Positions 19,053 through 29,280 of a DNA stretch of 64,000 bases are shown here, in pieces. Source of the DNA: Parcubacteria group bacterium Greene0416_36 (lineage in GTDB: Bacteria; Patescibacteriota; Patescibacteriia; VMEV01). The notes beneath the pieces are model-generated. The model did no database searches, was not told where the DNA came from, and worked only from the letters and a program-made list of their open reading frames with translations. The position numbers and the translations under genes were made by a program. Position 1 is the first letter of the stretch. Each line of letters starts with the position of its first letter. The stretch spans positions 5,021 to 69,020 of the forward strand of contig VMEV01000004.1 in the NCBI GenBank assembly GCA_007375725.1, written 5' to 3'.

Positions 19053-20477
19053 ATGTTCCTCTGCTCTTCCTGCAACAAAATATCCCAAAAATGGTCGGGA
19101 AGATGTCTCCTTTGCCAGGCTTGGGGAACTCTCGAGGCAAGGCCGGATATGGAAGAAAATGTCCATGGACGAAGGTCAAAAACAATGACATTTGAAAACA
19201 CGCCCAAACCCTTTCTGCTCTCAAGCGTCGAATCAACCGCAAATCAAAAACATAAAACCGGATTTGGAGAACTCGACGCAATACTAGGAGGGGGCCTGGC
19301 TATGGGCTCTCTTCTGCTTTTGGGCGGAGAGCCGGGAATCGGAAAGTCGACAATCGCCCTGCAGTTGGCGGACAGTATGGTGAAGACCAGAGATCCCCGC
19401 CTCCGAGGGGATGACGTTTATAAAATTCTCTACGTCTCCGGCGAAGAAAATCCGCATCAAATCAAAAATCGGGCGGAGCGATTAGGCGTGGACACAAACA
19501 GAATTCAAATTCTCGCCACCACTTGCATTGAAGAAATACTCGAAGTCGCGAAAATGGAAAAACCCATAATGGTGATACTGGATTCCATCCAAACCCTCTA
19601 CAGCCTAGATATTCCGTCCGAAATCGGATCGCCCAATCAAATCCGCGGAGTCGCGCAAAAAATCCTGGATACACTCAAACCGCTGGGCATCAGCGCCCTG
19701 ATCTTGGGACAAATCACCAAGGAGGGCAATTTGGCCGGACCCAAAATGCTCGAGCATTTGGTCGACGCGGTTCTGTATCTCGAGGGCGAAAAAGACTCGG
19801 CCATCCGCATTTTGCGCGTGCCCAAAAATCGCTTTGGGACCACCAGTGAGATACTGCTATTCAAGATGGACGAAAAAGGACTGCGGCCCATCAGTAATAT
19901 CAATGAAGAAGCGATATCCAATCTGGAAACCCAGGCCATCTCTGGATCCGCTTTCACCTTTATCTCAGACAGCGGGAAGAATTTTCTATTAGAGGTGCAG
20001 TCGCTGGTGACCAAAACTCTCTTCGGATACCCCCAGAGAAAAGCAATTGGCATTGATCCCAATCGCCTCCAAATTCTCTCGGCCGTGATGTCCAAATATA
20101 CCCGAACCCAGCTGCAGGGAGCCGATATCCACCTCTCGACCGCGGGAGCCATCAAATCCTATGACACAGCCTCGGATCTTGCCATTGCCGCGGCGATTCT
20201 CTCGTCGGCGCACAATATCCCATTGGACCGAAAAACACTGTTTATAGGGGAAATCGGGCTCGGAGGCGAGCTCAAAAACACGCGCAATCTGCAGTCAAAA
20301 CTCAAAGAAGCCGAAAAACTTGGATTCAATCAAGCTTGGATTCCCGAAACAGGAAAGCATACTCTCTCCGATAAATCACAACTAAAAATATACCCAATCC
20401 GAACAATCGCCGAGCTAGAAGCTCATCATTTTAAAAATAACAAAATACAAAGGGCCGTGGAGAATGGATTGGATTAA
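19053..20477 (+). CDS. radA: DNA repair protein RadA/Sms
   Basis: C4 zinc finger (CSSCNKIS...CLLCQAW), RecA-like ATPase (LLLLGGEPGIGKSTIALQ), KNRFG motif, C-terminal Lon-protease-like domain. ORF track starts at 19014; start chosen at the Met preceding the zinc finger. Confidence 0.85.
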   Translation: MFLCSSCNKISQKWSGRCLLCQAWGTLEARPDMEENVHGRRSKTMTFENTPKPFLLSSVESTANQKHKTGFGELDAILGGGLAMGSLLLLGGEPGIGKSTIALQLADSMVKTRDPRLRGDDVYKILYVSGEENPHQIKNRAERLGVDTNRIQILATTCIEEILEVAKMEKPIMVILDSIQTLYSLDIPSEIGSPNQIRGVAQKILDTLKPLGISALILGQITKEGNLAGPKMLEHLVDAVLYLEGEKDSAIRILRVPKNRFGTTSEILLFKMDEKGLRPISNINEEAISNLETQAISGSAFTFISDSGKNFLLEVQSLVTKTLFGYPQRKAIGIDPNRLQILSAVMSKYTRTQLQGADIHLSTAGAIKSYDTASDLAIAAAILSSAHNIPLDRKTLFIGEIGLGGELKNTRNLQSKLKEAEKLGFNQAWIPETGKHTLSDKSQLKIYPIRTIAELEAHHFKNNKIQRAVENGLD

Positions 20478-20563
20478 CAACAAATCCCCCTCAATCCCCC
20501 TTTGACAAGGGGGAAGTGGCTGTTGCTCCCTCCCTTGTCAAAGGGAGGGTTGGGGAGGGATTT
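20477..20563 (-). repeat. composite double-hairpin palindromic repeat, copy 4 (inverted orientation)
   Basis: CAACAAATCCCCCTCAATCCCCCTTTGACAAGGGGGAAG-spacer-CTCCCTCCCTTGTCAAAGGGAGGGTTGGGGAGGGATTT directly after the radA stop. Confidence 0.8.
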
Positions 20564-20589
20564 ACTTTACAAAACAGATCGAATCTGAT

Positions 20590-21534
20590 ATGATTTTTTA
20601 TCTAAAAAACTGGCTTAATTATCTGTTTTTTCGTATGAAAAGATATCTAATATCAGCTTTTTTCGCACTAGTAGCCATCAGCATGGCTCTACTTCCTGTT
20701 GCAACAAAGGCCGAATTAACCGTGATAGTACCACAAATGAATGTCCCCCTTCCATTTATTGGTCCCTTCTCAGCTCCAGATGAAAAAGGAGAAGTGCTTC
20801 AATTCGCCTGGATTGCGGAATATATTATTGGTCTCTACAAAATCATCATCGCGATCTCAGGGTTCTTGGCGATCATCATTATTCTTGTCGCCGGATTTCT
20901 CTGGGTCTCAAGCATGGGAAATCATAGCCAAATCGCTCAGGCCCACAGCATGATACAGGGCGCCCTAGCTGGAATCGTCGTGATTATGAGCTCGTACCTG
21001 CTCTTGTCTCTCATCAATCCAGCACTCTTGAAGCCAGGTACCCTCACGATTTCCAAAGCATTAGCCAAGAATACCCCTTTTGACGATAATGGCAGTAAGG
21101 CCCGCATCGAAGAAACCGAAGCTCAATTCATTCGAGCATTTGCGGATTGCGCCAATAAGCCAAATCCTGAACTCTGCCGAAATATTGCCAGAGAAATACT
21201 CGTGGATACTTTAATCGTAATGGCGGACGAAAAAAAATTACCTTTCCCTGCTGGAACCATTCAAGTCTCAAAAAACGCCCCCCAAAGAGTCAATGACCTG
21301 CTCAAAGCAAACCCGACAATGACCACGAAAGAAGCAATTGACATTGCCATCAAATGCCAAGAATATGATATGGATATGGTCTATCTACGACTCAATCACC
21401 TCTACAATGCCGACGAGACTTTCAATACGACAGTAAACCCAAATCTTTACCCTCATAAAAGTTACCGCGAACAAAGCCCTCACGATGCCTTTGTTTACGT
21501 CTTCCAAGAAGCACAAAAAAAGGGATGTTACTAA
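20590..21534 (+). CDS. TrbC/VirB2-like pilin paralog with C-terminal globular extension
   Basis: 314 aa. Shares the PQMNVPLPFI motif and core (GFLAIIIILVAGFLWVSSMGNHSQIAQAHSMIQGALAGIVVIMSSYLLLSLINP) with the 16749 gene and the 40.5-48 kb array. Alternative start at Met16 (20635). Confidence 0.55.
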   Translation: MIFYLKNWLNYLFFRMKRYLISAFFALVAISMALLPVATKAELTVIVPQMNVPLPFIGPFSAPDEKGEVLQFAWIAEYIIGLYKIIIAISGFLAIIIILVAGFLWVSSMGNHSQIAQAHSMIQGALAGIVVIMSSYLLLSLINPALLKPGTLTISKALAKNTPFDDNGSKARIEETEAQFIRAFADCANKPNPELCRNIAREILVDTLIVMADEKKLPFPAGTIQVSKNAPQRVNDLLKANPTMTTKEAIDIAIKCQEYDMDMVYLRLNHLYNADETFNTTVNPNLYPHKSYREQSPHDAFVYVFQEAQKKGCY

Positions 21535-21538
21535 AAAT

Positions 21539-23647
21539 TTACTCAAAAAATATCCCCTTTGCCTCACTCTCAAAATGGGCAACGATATCTCCATATCGCC
21601 CCGTTTTTTGATTCTCGGCAAAAATACTCTCCACATCCGCCCGCACACCCTCCACCCACTCTGAACGTTCCAGCACGCTGTAATCATTATTCCCGTCTCC
21701 GAACACCGCCTCGAAATCACCGGACTGTCGGGTACCGTAGACATCTCCGGCTCCACGAAGCTCCAAATCTTGCTGAGCTAATTCCAAGCCATTGTGAGTA
21801 TTTTCCATGATCAGAAGGCGTGCGTAATCACGCGAGGAATCCGTGGGAAATAAAAAACAATACGACTGATCCTCCGCCCGCCCTACACGGCCGCGAAACT
21901 GGTGCAGTTGGGAGAGGCCAAACCGCTCGGCCCCCTCAATCATCATGATCGTCGCATTGGGAATATCCACGCCCACTTCGACTACCGAGGTTGAAACCAG
22001 AATTGGAAATTTATTCTGTTTAAAATCAGACATAATCACGTCCTTTTCTTTGGCTTTCAATTTTCCATGAAGCGAGCGGATATCCAGATCCGGAAAAGCG
22101 TCTTTTTTGAGATGTTCGAGAGATTCCTCCACAGACAAAACCCCTAATTTATCCGAGGGTGAAATGAGAGGACAAATCACAAATATTTGTTTGCTCTTCG
22201 CTATCTGGGATCGGATAAAATCATAAGTTTTCTCGCGATCCTCATCCCCAACGACATGAGTGGCGACCGGCTTCCGGCCCGGAGGCAGTTCACCAATCAT
22301 CGACACATCCAAATCCCCATACAGAAATAGGGCCAAAGACCGCGGAATCGGCGTGGCCGTCATGGAAATATAATGCGGATATAGTCCGCCTTTGGCAAAT
22401 CGGCTACGCAAAATTCCCCGCTGACGTACGCCGAAACGGTGCTGTTCGTCGACAATAATTAAATTCAAATTTAAAAACCTCACCTTCTCTTCCAAAATAG
22501 TATGCGTGCCAATGACTAATAGGTTTGGAGTCTCTTTAATGAGAAACAAAGCCTCTTTTTCCGATATTTTTTGATCTGCCGACTCTTTCGGATCAAAAAA
22601 AATTTTATCCGATCTGGTTAACAGCAAAATCGGCATTTCCAAACCGCCCAGTATGTTCTTGGCCGAGCTGAAATGCTGTTTGGCCAAAATTTCAGTCGGA
22701 GCCAAGAGGACGCTCTCGAATCCTCCCCAAAAGGCATTGGCAATAGCCATAAACGCCACCACGGTCTTGCCACTGCCCACATCTCCCTGCACAAGACGAT
22801 TGGCCGGAATCGCGCGCCCGAGATCCTGCAAAATCCGCCAAGACACCTTTTTCTGCGCATCGGTCAGAGTAAAAGGCAAGGTCCCCACCCATTTTTTGGT
22901 ATTTTCCTCATGAAATGGAATCGGCATGGCACCTAAAGTCTCCAAATTCTTTTTAAGATACGCCACGCGGCCTTGTATCCAAAACCATTTTTCATATTCG
23001 ATTCGCTCTCGGCCACGCGCAATTTCTTCGTCATTCTCGGGGAAATGCACCGCGCGAATCGCATCAGCTAGGGGCAGAAAATGACGATCCTTCTGAATAA
23101 ATTCAGGCAAGCCTTCTTCCAGATTTCCGACACTTTTAAGCGCCAGGCTCACCAGAAAACGAATCTGTTTGGGAGAAATCCCCTCGGTAGCCGGATAAAT
23201 GGGAATTTTCCCGCCAGTATGAATCGATTCGTGCCCCTCTTTCGCAGGCTCAAAAACAGGCTTCATGAAGGTTTTATTGTAATATTTATGCTCAACAGTC
23301 CCAGAAAAATAAAATTTCCCGCCAATGGGCAGAGAATTTTTGAGGAACGGCTGATTGAACCAAATAGCCTTGATTTGTCCGCTGTCATCGGACAGAACGG
23401 CTTCAGTCAGGGTCATTCTCTTCCCCCGAACTCGTATCGTGCGAAGCAATTCGACCATGGCTAGCACCGTCGCCGTGTCCCCCACATTCAAATCCGCAAT
23501 TTGCTTCTCACTGGAAAAATCATCATATCGAAAAGGCAAATAAAAAAGCAGATCCCGAACCGTCCGGATTTCTAATTTTTGCATCCTAGTCCCCAGCGCC
23601 TTTGCCATGCGATGGAGTTGGGTGATGGGTGTTGAGAGAGGAAGCAT
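21539..23647 (-). CDS. recG: ATP-dependent DNA helicase RecG
   Basis: 702 aa. N-terminal wedge/OB region, helicase motifs (GDVGSGKTVVA, DEQHRFGV, TATPIPRS, HQFRGRVGR). Confidence 0.9.
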   Translation of the reverse strand: MLPLSTPITQLHRMAKALGTRMQKLEIRTVRDLLFYLPFRYDDFSSEKQIADLNVGDTATVLAMVELLRTIRVRGKRMTLTEAVLSDDSGQIKAIWFNQPFLKNSLPIGGKFYFSGTVEHKYYNKTFMKPVFEPAKEGHESIHTGGKIPIYPATEGISPKQIRFLVSLALKSVGNLEEGLPEFIQKDRHFLPLADAIRAVHFPENDEEIARGRERIEYEKWFWIQGRVAYLKKNLETLGAMPIPFHEENTKKWVGTLPFTLTDAQKKVSWRILQDLGRAIPANRLVQGDVGSGKTVVAFMAIANAFWGGFESVLLAPTEILAKQHFSSAKNILGGLEMPILLLTRSDKIFFDPKESADQKISEKEALFLIKETPNLLVIGTHTILEEKVRFLNLNLIIVDEQHRFGVRQRGILRSRFAKGGLYPHYISMTATPIPRSLALFLYGDLDVSMIGELPPGRKPVATHVVGDEDREKTYDFIRSQIAKSKQIFVICPLISPSDKLGVLSVEESLEHLKKDAFPDLDIRSLHGKLKAKEKDVIMSDFKQNKFPILVSTSVVEVGVDIPNATIMMIEGAERFGLSQLHQFRGRVGRAEDQSYCFLFPTDSSRDYARLLIMENTHNGLELAQQDLELRGAGDVYGTRQSGDFEAVFGDGNNDYSVLERSEWVEGVRADVESIFAENQKTGRYGDIVAHFESEAKGIFFE

Positions 23648-23711
23648 AAAAATAAAAAAACACCCCTAAAATGAAGCGCCTGTTGCTCATTCTTAATTCT
23701 TAATTTTGAAG

Positions 23712-24194
23712 TTATAATTTCATCCATCTCGCCAGCGCTTCCGCCACCGTCTCATTGTCTGTACCTAAATCTTCCGCGACAAAAGGGAGGAGTGCCTCGC
23801 GGATCTCCACGGGATCGTTATCTTCCATGGGAACAATCAAAAGCCCGTTCATCAGGGCATCTTTTTCAAAATAAATTTTGCTCACATGCGGAGGGTCATA
23901 CACCATCCAGAAACGCTTGAGATTCTGGTGAGGAATAAAGTCTCGATCCAGCAGAATCCCGCGATCCGTGACAGAAAATTGCAAATTCTTAGGCTCTTTA
24001 TTGTACCGCAAAAATAAAATAAAAAGCACGAGTACTATAATCAAGGCAAATAAAAAATTAGTGTTCCAGAGCGCATACACCATGAGGAGTCCTGAAATAA
24101 TGCCCAAAATCAAAAACCACCGGCCCGTCCGCTCCTGGCGAACATGCTCTCTAAAATTCCACTGAGCCAATAAGTTTCCGTAAAACGAGTCCAT
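23712..24194 (-). CDS. hypothetical membrane protein
   Basis: 160 aa; two TM segments (WFLILGIISGLLMVYALW, FLFALIIVLVLFILFL). Confidence 0.4.
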   Translation of the reverse strand: MDSFYGNLLAQWNFREHVRQERTGRWFLILGIISGLLMVYALWNTNFLFALIIVLVLFILFLRYNKEPKNLQFSVTDRGILLDRDFIPHQNLKRFWMVYDPPHVSKIYFEKDALMNGLLIVPMEDNDPVEIREALLPFVAEDLGTDNETVAEALARWMKL

Positions 24195-24273
24195 ATAAGT
24201 TTATTCTACCACCTCCGACAAAAAACGAAAACCGGTCCGACGTAAAGTCGGACCGGTTTTTCTCACTGAAAAC

Positions 24274-25854
24274 TCAATTGAATCCTCCAAAATGATCCTT
24301 GCGGCGATTATCTCCCTTAAAATTACCAAATGATTTGGGCTTAGAGAATCCCGTTTTTTTGGCACCATCAGAACTGGAGGCTCCGTATTTCGAATCTCGT
24401 TTATCCTTGGTGAAAAAACGCTTTTTCGGAAAAACACTGGCCTTATGCTGACCGCCCTCACTTTTGAAAAAAGTTTTATCACTGGAAAAAGGATCTTCTT
24501 GCCGGGTTGAATCTGGTTTATATCCTCCATTATCTTTTGGCGTTGAAAATCTACTTCTCGGCGCAAATTTATCAGTCGAAAAGCCGCCTCCGTAGGATTT
24601 ATGTCCTCCGTAAGACTTGCCGCCGCCAAAGGATCGGCCGCCGCGGGAAGGGTAACTCCCTCCAGCAGGCCTCTGCCCTCGAGGAGAGAACTCTCTGGTA
24701 TCTGCAGGCATGGGTCGAGGAGCGGGCAATACTGGGGGGAGCCCCACAATGGGAATAGGCTTTCGCATCAAACGCTCGATCTGCCGCAGATCAGATTTTT
24801 CATGATGCGAAGCAAAAGAAATAGCTTTGCCGAAACTGCCCGCGCGGCCCGTTCGGCCGATACGATGCACATAATCATCATTATTATCCGGCAAATCAAA
24901 GTTGATCACCAAAGAAATATCTTTGACGTCAATTCCCCTAGAAGCAATATCCGTGCATACTAGCACTCGATATTTTCCGGATTTAAACCCAGCCAAGGAG
25001 TCACGGCGCTGAGCCAGCGATCGGTTGGAATGGAGTTCCGTCACCCAGTGGCCCATGGAACGGATGGCCGTGGTGATTCGTTTGGCCGAATGCTTGGTGC
25101 GCACGAAAACGAGAACCGTTCCCTTATGTTCACCCAGCATATGATCCAAGAGCTGCATTTTTTTCTCGCGGTCAATCATGTAAGCACTTTGATGGATGAG
25201 ATCTACCGTAGAGCCCTGCGGAGCCACTTCCACGCGAACGGGAGCCCGAAGATACCTTGAAGCCACGGCCGACAAATCCGCGGACAAAGTCGCGGAAAAG
25301 AGCAAGGTCTGGCGTTCTTTCGGACAAGCGTCCAAAATGCGCTTGATTTCCGGACCAAAGCCGATATCAAACATGCGGTCCGCTTCATCGAGCACCACGA
25401 TTTTGAGCGGATTCAAACTATAAGTTCTCTGCTTCAAATGATCCGCTAATCGGCCAGGAGTAGCAATCACAATCGTAGCTCCGGCTTTCAAAGCCTTGAT
25501 CTGATTGTAAATGGGCATGCCGCCGATGAGCACCGCGGTTTTGAAACCCACCGCGCGAGCCAGGCGATTAATCATTTCTTCTACCTGAATGGCCAACTCT
25601 CGAGTGGGAACCAAAATCAGAGCCTGTCCTTTTTCCAAAAACAAACGCTGAATCATGGGGATTCCAAAGGCTAAAGTCTTACCTGTACCCGTCTGGGCAA
25701 TGCCCACCACGTCCTTGCCGCCAAAAGCAATCGGAATAACCTTCTCCTGAATAGGCGTCGGCGTCACAAAACGGCTCCCCAGAGCCGATAAAATCTCGGG
25801 CAAAATGCCCAATTCACTAAAAAGCTTAGGGCTTTTGGGTTCATTATTCATCAT
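24274..25854 (-). CDS. DEAD-box ATP-dependent RNA helicase with Gly/Ser/Arg-rich C-terminal tail
   Basis: 526 aa. Q-motif, AQTGTGKT, PTRELA, DEAD, SAT, HRIGRTGRAG. About 150-aa low-complexity RGG/SYGG tail. Confidence 0.9.
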   Translation of the reverse strand: MMNNEPKSPKLFSELGILPEILSALGSRFVTPTPIQEKVIPIAFGGKDVVGIAQTGTGKTLAFGIPMIQRLFLEKGQALILVPTRELAIQVEEMINRLARAVGFKTAVLIGGMPIYNQIKALKAGATIVIATPGRLADHLKQRTYSLNPLKIVVLDEADRMFDIGFGPEIKRILDACPKERQTLLFSATLSADLSAVASRYLRAPVRVEVAPQGSTVDLIHQSAYMIDREKKMQLLDHMLGEHKGTVLVFVRTKHSAKRITTAIRSMGHWVTELHSNRSLAQRRDSLAGFKSGKYRVLVCTDIASRGIDVKDISLVINFDLPDNNDDYVHRIGRTGRAGSFGKAISFASHHEKSDLRQIERLMRKPIPIVGLPPVLPAPRPMPADTREFSPRGQRPAGGSYPSRGGRSFGGGKSYGGHKSYGGGFSTDKFAPRSRFSTPKDNGGYKPDSTRQEDPFSSDKTFFKSEGGQHKASVFPKKRFFTKDKRDSKYGASSSDGAKKTGFSKPKSFGNFKGDNRRKDHFGGFN

Positions 25855-26076
25855 AAATCACGCTATTTCTTCCTTTTTCAGCCCCAATACTTACTCAAAA
25901 AGCCTATAATTGGCCTTAAAATTGAAGCTAGATTGAAAAGTTATATTTAAATTAATAAAAAAGTCCTATAATAATACACTAAAATAAGCAAAAAAGCAAA
26001 CTGTCAGGGAGGAACAATCCCTGCTATTATAGAAAGAGTTTCCAGTTGAAGAAAAAATATTTAGAACAAAACACTT

Positions 26077-26463
26077 ATGTTGATTCTGTTGTATTTTGTA
26101 ATATTCGGCATCCTTGGATGGTTTCTGGATATGCTGTATCGGAGTCTCGTGATCCAAAAATGGAATTCGGGCACACATATTCCCGGTTTTTCCGTTATTC
26201 ATGCCATGGGCGCCTTATGGCTTTATTTCTTTATTCCATTTATATCCGATTTTTCTCTGATTGGGCGTTTCTTATTATATGCGGGAACCTTGACCTTGGT
26301 CGAATTTTTAGGGGCTCTTTTCAGCATTTATGTCATGAAAAAACGTTTCTGGAATTATTCGAATAATTTCCTCAATTTCCGAGGACATATCGATTTCGTA
26401 CATACTTTTTATTGGGGAATTCTAGCCTTGATTTTCGAACAAATCATTTATCCTCTCTTGTAA
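26077..26463 (+). CDS. hypothetical 4-TM membrane protein
   Basis: 128 aa; four hydrophobic helices; no motif recognised. Confidence 0.4.
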   Translation: MLILLYFVIFGILGWFLDMLYRSLVIQKWNSGTHIPGFSVIHAMGALWLYFFIPFISDFSLIGRFLLYAGTLTLVEFLGALFSIYVMKKRFWNYSNNFLNFRGHIDFVHTFYWGILALIFEQIIYPLL

Positions 26464-26526
26464 CCAAATAAATTCCAACCCGGCAAAAAAAGGCTATTTG
26501 ATAATAGCCTCTTTTTTTAAAAACAA

Positions 26527-26772
26527 TTATTTCACGAATAATCGTTTTTTCTGATCTCGCGACAATCGCTTAATTTCAGCTTCTCTGGAAAGCGCCGTCC
26601 CCCAAGTCGCACAATTCTCGGAGTAAACCAATTCGACCGGCCTGCGATTTTTGGTATATCGGGCCGCCTTTGGAGAATGATTATGTTCCTCAATTCGACG
26701 ATCTAAATCATGGGTCGACCCGGTATACAAAGACCCATCACAACAACACACGATATAAACCCAGTACGACAT
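26527..26772 (-). CDS. GIY-YIG nuclease-family protein
   Basis: 81 aa. WVYIVCCCDGSLYTGSTHDLDRRIEEHN ... RGTALSREAEIKRLSRDQK matches the GIY-YIG core (GIY...YTG...R...E...N). Confidence 0.8.
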   Translation of the reverse strand: MSYWVYIVCCCDGSLYTGSTHDLDRRIEEHNHSPKAARYTKNRRPVELVYSENCATWGTALSREAEIKRLSRDQKKRLFVK

Positions 26773-26831
26773 ATTTTGCGAATTTAGTCATAACCGAAAG
26801 TTCGCCTACGCAAAGCTACGGCGAACGAAGG

Positions 26832-26920
26832 CGGAGAGGGCGAGATTCGAACTCGCGAGGGTTTTTTAGACCCTGCCACGTTAGCAGTGTGGTGCCTTAG
26901 ACCAGCTCGGCCACCTCTCC
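26832..26920 (-). tRNA. tRNA-Ser (anticodon GCU), long variable arm
   Basis: Reverse complement reads GGAGAGGTGGCCGAGCTGGTCTAAGGCACCACACTGCTAACGTGGCAGGGTCTAAAAAACCCTCGCGAGTTCGAATCTCGCCCTCTCCG. 7-bp acceptor stem, anticodon loop CTGCTAA, T-loop TTCGAAT, long extra arm typical of Ser. CCA not encoded. Confidence 0.75.
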
Positions 26921-27032
26921 AAAGAATAGTTTTTTCAAATAAATATTAGATTTTATGGTATGTATTGTCAATTATTCATTGACTTTTTGCTTCAAAAAGC
27001 CTATTATACCTAATACTTTTTGCACAATCCTT

Positions 27033-27596
27033 ATGCACCCAAAAGCCAAAATCCTTCTTTATTCCAGCAATCTCTGGAATTTCGCGGACGGAATGCTCGG
27101 TCCGCTTTTTGCCGTGTTCGCGGAAAAAATAGGCGGAGATATACTGGACGTGACATGGGCATGGGCGATTTATCTGATTATCACCGGAGTTTTTGTCATT
27201 TTGGTCGGCAAATATTCCGATTATTACAGCAAAGAAAAAATCATGATCGCGGGTTACGCCCTCACCGCTCTGTGCACATTCAGCTATATATTCGTAGAAA
27301 CGCCCCTGCACCTCTTTATTGTCCAAGCAATTCTGGGGCTTGCGGTCGCTTTGTGCAACCCCACTTGGTACGCACTCTACTCCAAATACTCACCTAAAGA
27401 CTCGGGGTTCACATGGGGACTGGCTGACGGCCAAGCCAAGATTTTAATCGGACTGGCAATACTCGCGGGCGGTTTTATTGTTGAAAACTATTCTTTCGAC
27501 ACTCTTTTCATCATCATGGGCACTCTACAAGTCGCCGCGACACTCTATCAGATAAAAATTTTAAATAACCCAGGGGACCCAGGCATGGTTCGATGA
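27033..27596 (+). CDS. six-TM MFS-like membrane protein (half-size; possibly truncated)
   Basis: Start chosen at Met27 of the track ORF (MHPKAK...). Six hydrophobic helices. Loop VGKYSDYYSKEK resembles MFS motif A. At about 187 aa it is only half a canonical 12-TM MFS. Confidence 0.35.
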   Translation: MHPKAKILLYSSNLWNFADGMLGPLFAVFAEKIGGDILDVTWAWAIYLIITGVFVILVGKYSDYYSKEKIMIAGYALTALCTFSYIFVETPLHLFIVQAILGLAVALCNPTWYALYSKYSPKDSGFTWGLADGQAKILIGLAILAGGFIVENYSFDTLFIIMGTLQVAATLYQIKILNNPGDPGMVR

Positions 27597-27674
27597 CACA
27601 TACGGTGTGGCCCCAGCGATTTTTGCATTATTGAAAAATCCACACAAATAATCTATTCTGATATCGTTCAAAAC

Positions 27675-28130
27675 TTGAAATTGTTCTTAACAAGAAAGAG
27701 AATCCAAATGGAAGCTCAAGTATATGTTTCTGGAGCACTCACCAATATCCAAGAAGAAACCAAATTATTTTATGAAAAAATAGGCGCACTTTTTACCAAA
27801 AACGGACGATTTGCCTATATTCCTCACAAAAAATCCGATCCGATAGAATTCGCGAGCCTAGATCCGGGGGCCGTATATCAAATGGATTCTATGGCCATAT
27901 TGAATTCCAAACTCATAGTGGTCTATCTGGGACAGCCTTCCACAGGCGTGGGGATTGAAATGGAAATTGCCAAAAGCCGCGACATCCCCATGGTTTTACT
28001 ATACGAACAAACCAAAACCGTCTCCAGAATGGCTTTGGGCATGCCCAATATCAAAAAAATCATCAAATTCACAAATTTTGATGATGCTCTCGAGCAACTG
28101 GAACAAGGACTGCAGCAAAGACTTTTTTAG
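27675..28130 (+). CDS. nucleoside 2-deoxyribosyltransferase-like protein
   Basis: 151 aa. VYVSGALT N-terminal motif and DSMAIL..VVYLGQPSTGVGIEMEIAKSRDIPMVLLYE resemble the NDT/DUF4406 Rossmann-like family. The likely start is the internal Met11 (MEAQ, position 27705), about 141 aa. Confidence 0.4.
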   Translation: MKLFLTRKRIQMEAQVYVSGALTNIQEETKLFYEKIGALFTKNGRFAYIPHKKSDPIEFASLDPGAVYQMDSMAILNSKLIVVYLGQPSTGVGIEMEIAKSRDIPMVLLYEQTKTVSRMALGMPNIKKIIKFTNFDDALEQLEQGLQQRLF

Positions 28131-28171
28131 ATTTTTCTTTTAAAAAAAATTACTCAAAAAAAAATTTGAGG

Positions 28172-28200
28172 CCAGATATAATTATCTGGTTTTTATTTTT
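28172..28200 (+). terminator. intrinsic terminator after the 27675 gene
   Basis: CCAGATATAATTATCTGG hairpin followed by TTTTTATTTTT. Confidence 0.65.
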
Positions 28201-28228
28201 CCAACTAAAAAATCATCCCGACCAATGA

Positions 28229-28660
28229 TTGAAAGCCTCATTTCACTTCCAACTCTCATATTCCCGAAAGTCCAGCTTTATTATTATCGACAATAAACCG
28301 CATTTAAACGAAACAGGTGTAGATTATTTTTTGAGACGTAGCAAAAAACTTTTTTTGGTGACCACGAATAAAAACCACCCCGCTTTTTCGAGAAAAAATA
28401 CAGACAATCTCGAAATTATTTTTTACGAAAAAGAAATCGATTTCACGGATCTATTTTCCATTTTAAAAGAAAAATATCACGTGGATCGCATGACCATCCA
28501 AACCGGAGGAACGCTCAATGCCATTTTACTGCGAAAAAATTTGATTGATCATCTCTCTCTAGTGGTAGCGCCTGCACTGATCGGCGGTAAAAAAACCTCA
28601 TCATTAGTCGATGGAGAATCTCTGCACTCGATCGCTGGACTAAATCCATTTTTCCCATAA
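28229..28660 (+). pseudogene. RibD C-terminal (dihydrofolate-reductase-like) domain remnant, apparently N-terminally truncated
   Basis: 143-aa ORF whose C-terminal half (DRMTIQTGGTLNAILLRKNLIDHLSLVVAPALIGGKK) matches the second half of the RibD_C reductase domain. The expected N-terminal NADPH-binding half is absent and upstream frames are closed. Confidence 0.35.
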
Positions 28661-28677
28661 AAAACAAGCTTTAAAAG

Positions 28678-29280
28678 TTATGCTTTTATTTTTTTCATCA
28701 TCTCCAATAGTTTTCCCGCGTCGATCCCCTCTTTCTTCCCCCCTTCGGTAAAATCAATCAAAGTTTTCCATTTTTCTTTTTTTATAACGGGTTGTTTTTT
28801 GATTTTTTCGTTCAATAAAACAGGCGTCGTCTCAAAAATGGCCTCATGCCTCACCAGCCACTCCTTCTTCTCCAATCCCCCCGCATACCCAATCATCGAC
28901 CCATTTTTTCCAATAACCCGATGACATGGAACAATAATGCCGATGGGATTGCGGTTATTCGCCATACCCACGGCGCGGGAGGCGTTTTTGTTTCCAATAG
29001 AATCGGCTAATTCACCATAACTACGAGTCTCGCCATACGGAATTTTGCGAAGTTCGGCCCACACTTTTTTTTGGAAATCCGTGCCATCGAGATCCAATGG
29101 CAGATCGAAATCACGGCGATGGCCATGAAAATATTCGTCGATTTGCCCGAGCGCCAACTCCAAAACCGGACACGGTTGATTTTCTCCAGCTTTTTCGACA
29201 AAATTAAGGCCAATTACAGATCGTCCGTCTGATTTTATTTCTAATATACCGATAGGAGAATGGTAATAGACATGATACAT
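28678..29280 (-). CDS. ogt: methylated-DNA--protein-cysteine methyltransferase with C-terminal Lys-rich extension
   Basis: 200 aa; active site IIVPCHRVIG, upstream RAVGMANNRNP helix-turn-helix region. Confidence 0.85.
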   Translation of the reverse strand: MYHVYYHSPIGILEIKSDGRSVIGLNFVEKAGENQPCPVLELALGQIDEYFHGHRRDFDLPLDLDGTDFQKKVWAELRKIPYGETRSYGELADSIGNKNASRAVGMANNRNPIGIIVPCHRVIGKNGSMIGYAGGLEKKEWLVRHEAIFETTPVLLNEKIKKQPVIKKEKWKTLIDFTEGGKKEGIDAGKLLEMMKKIKA

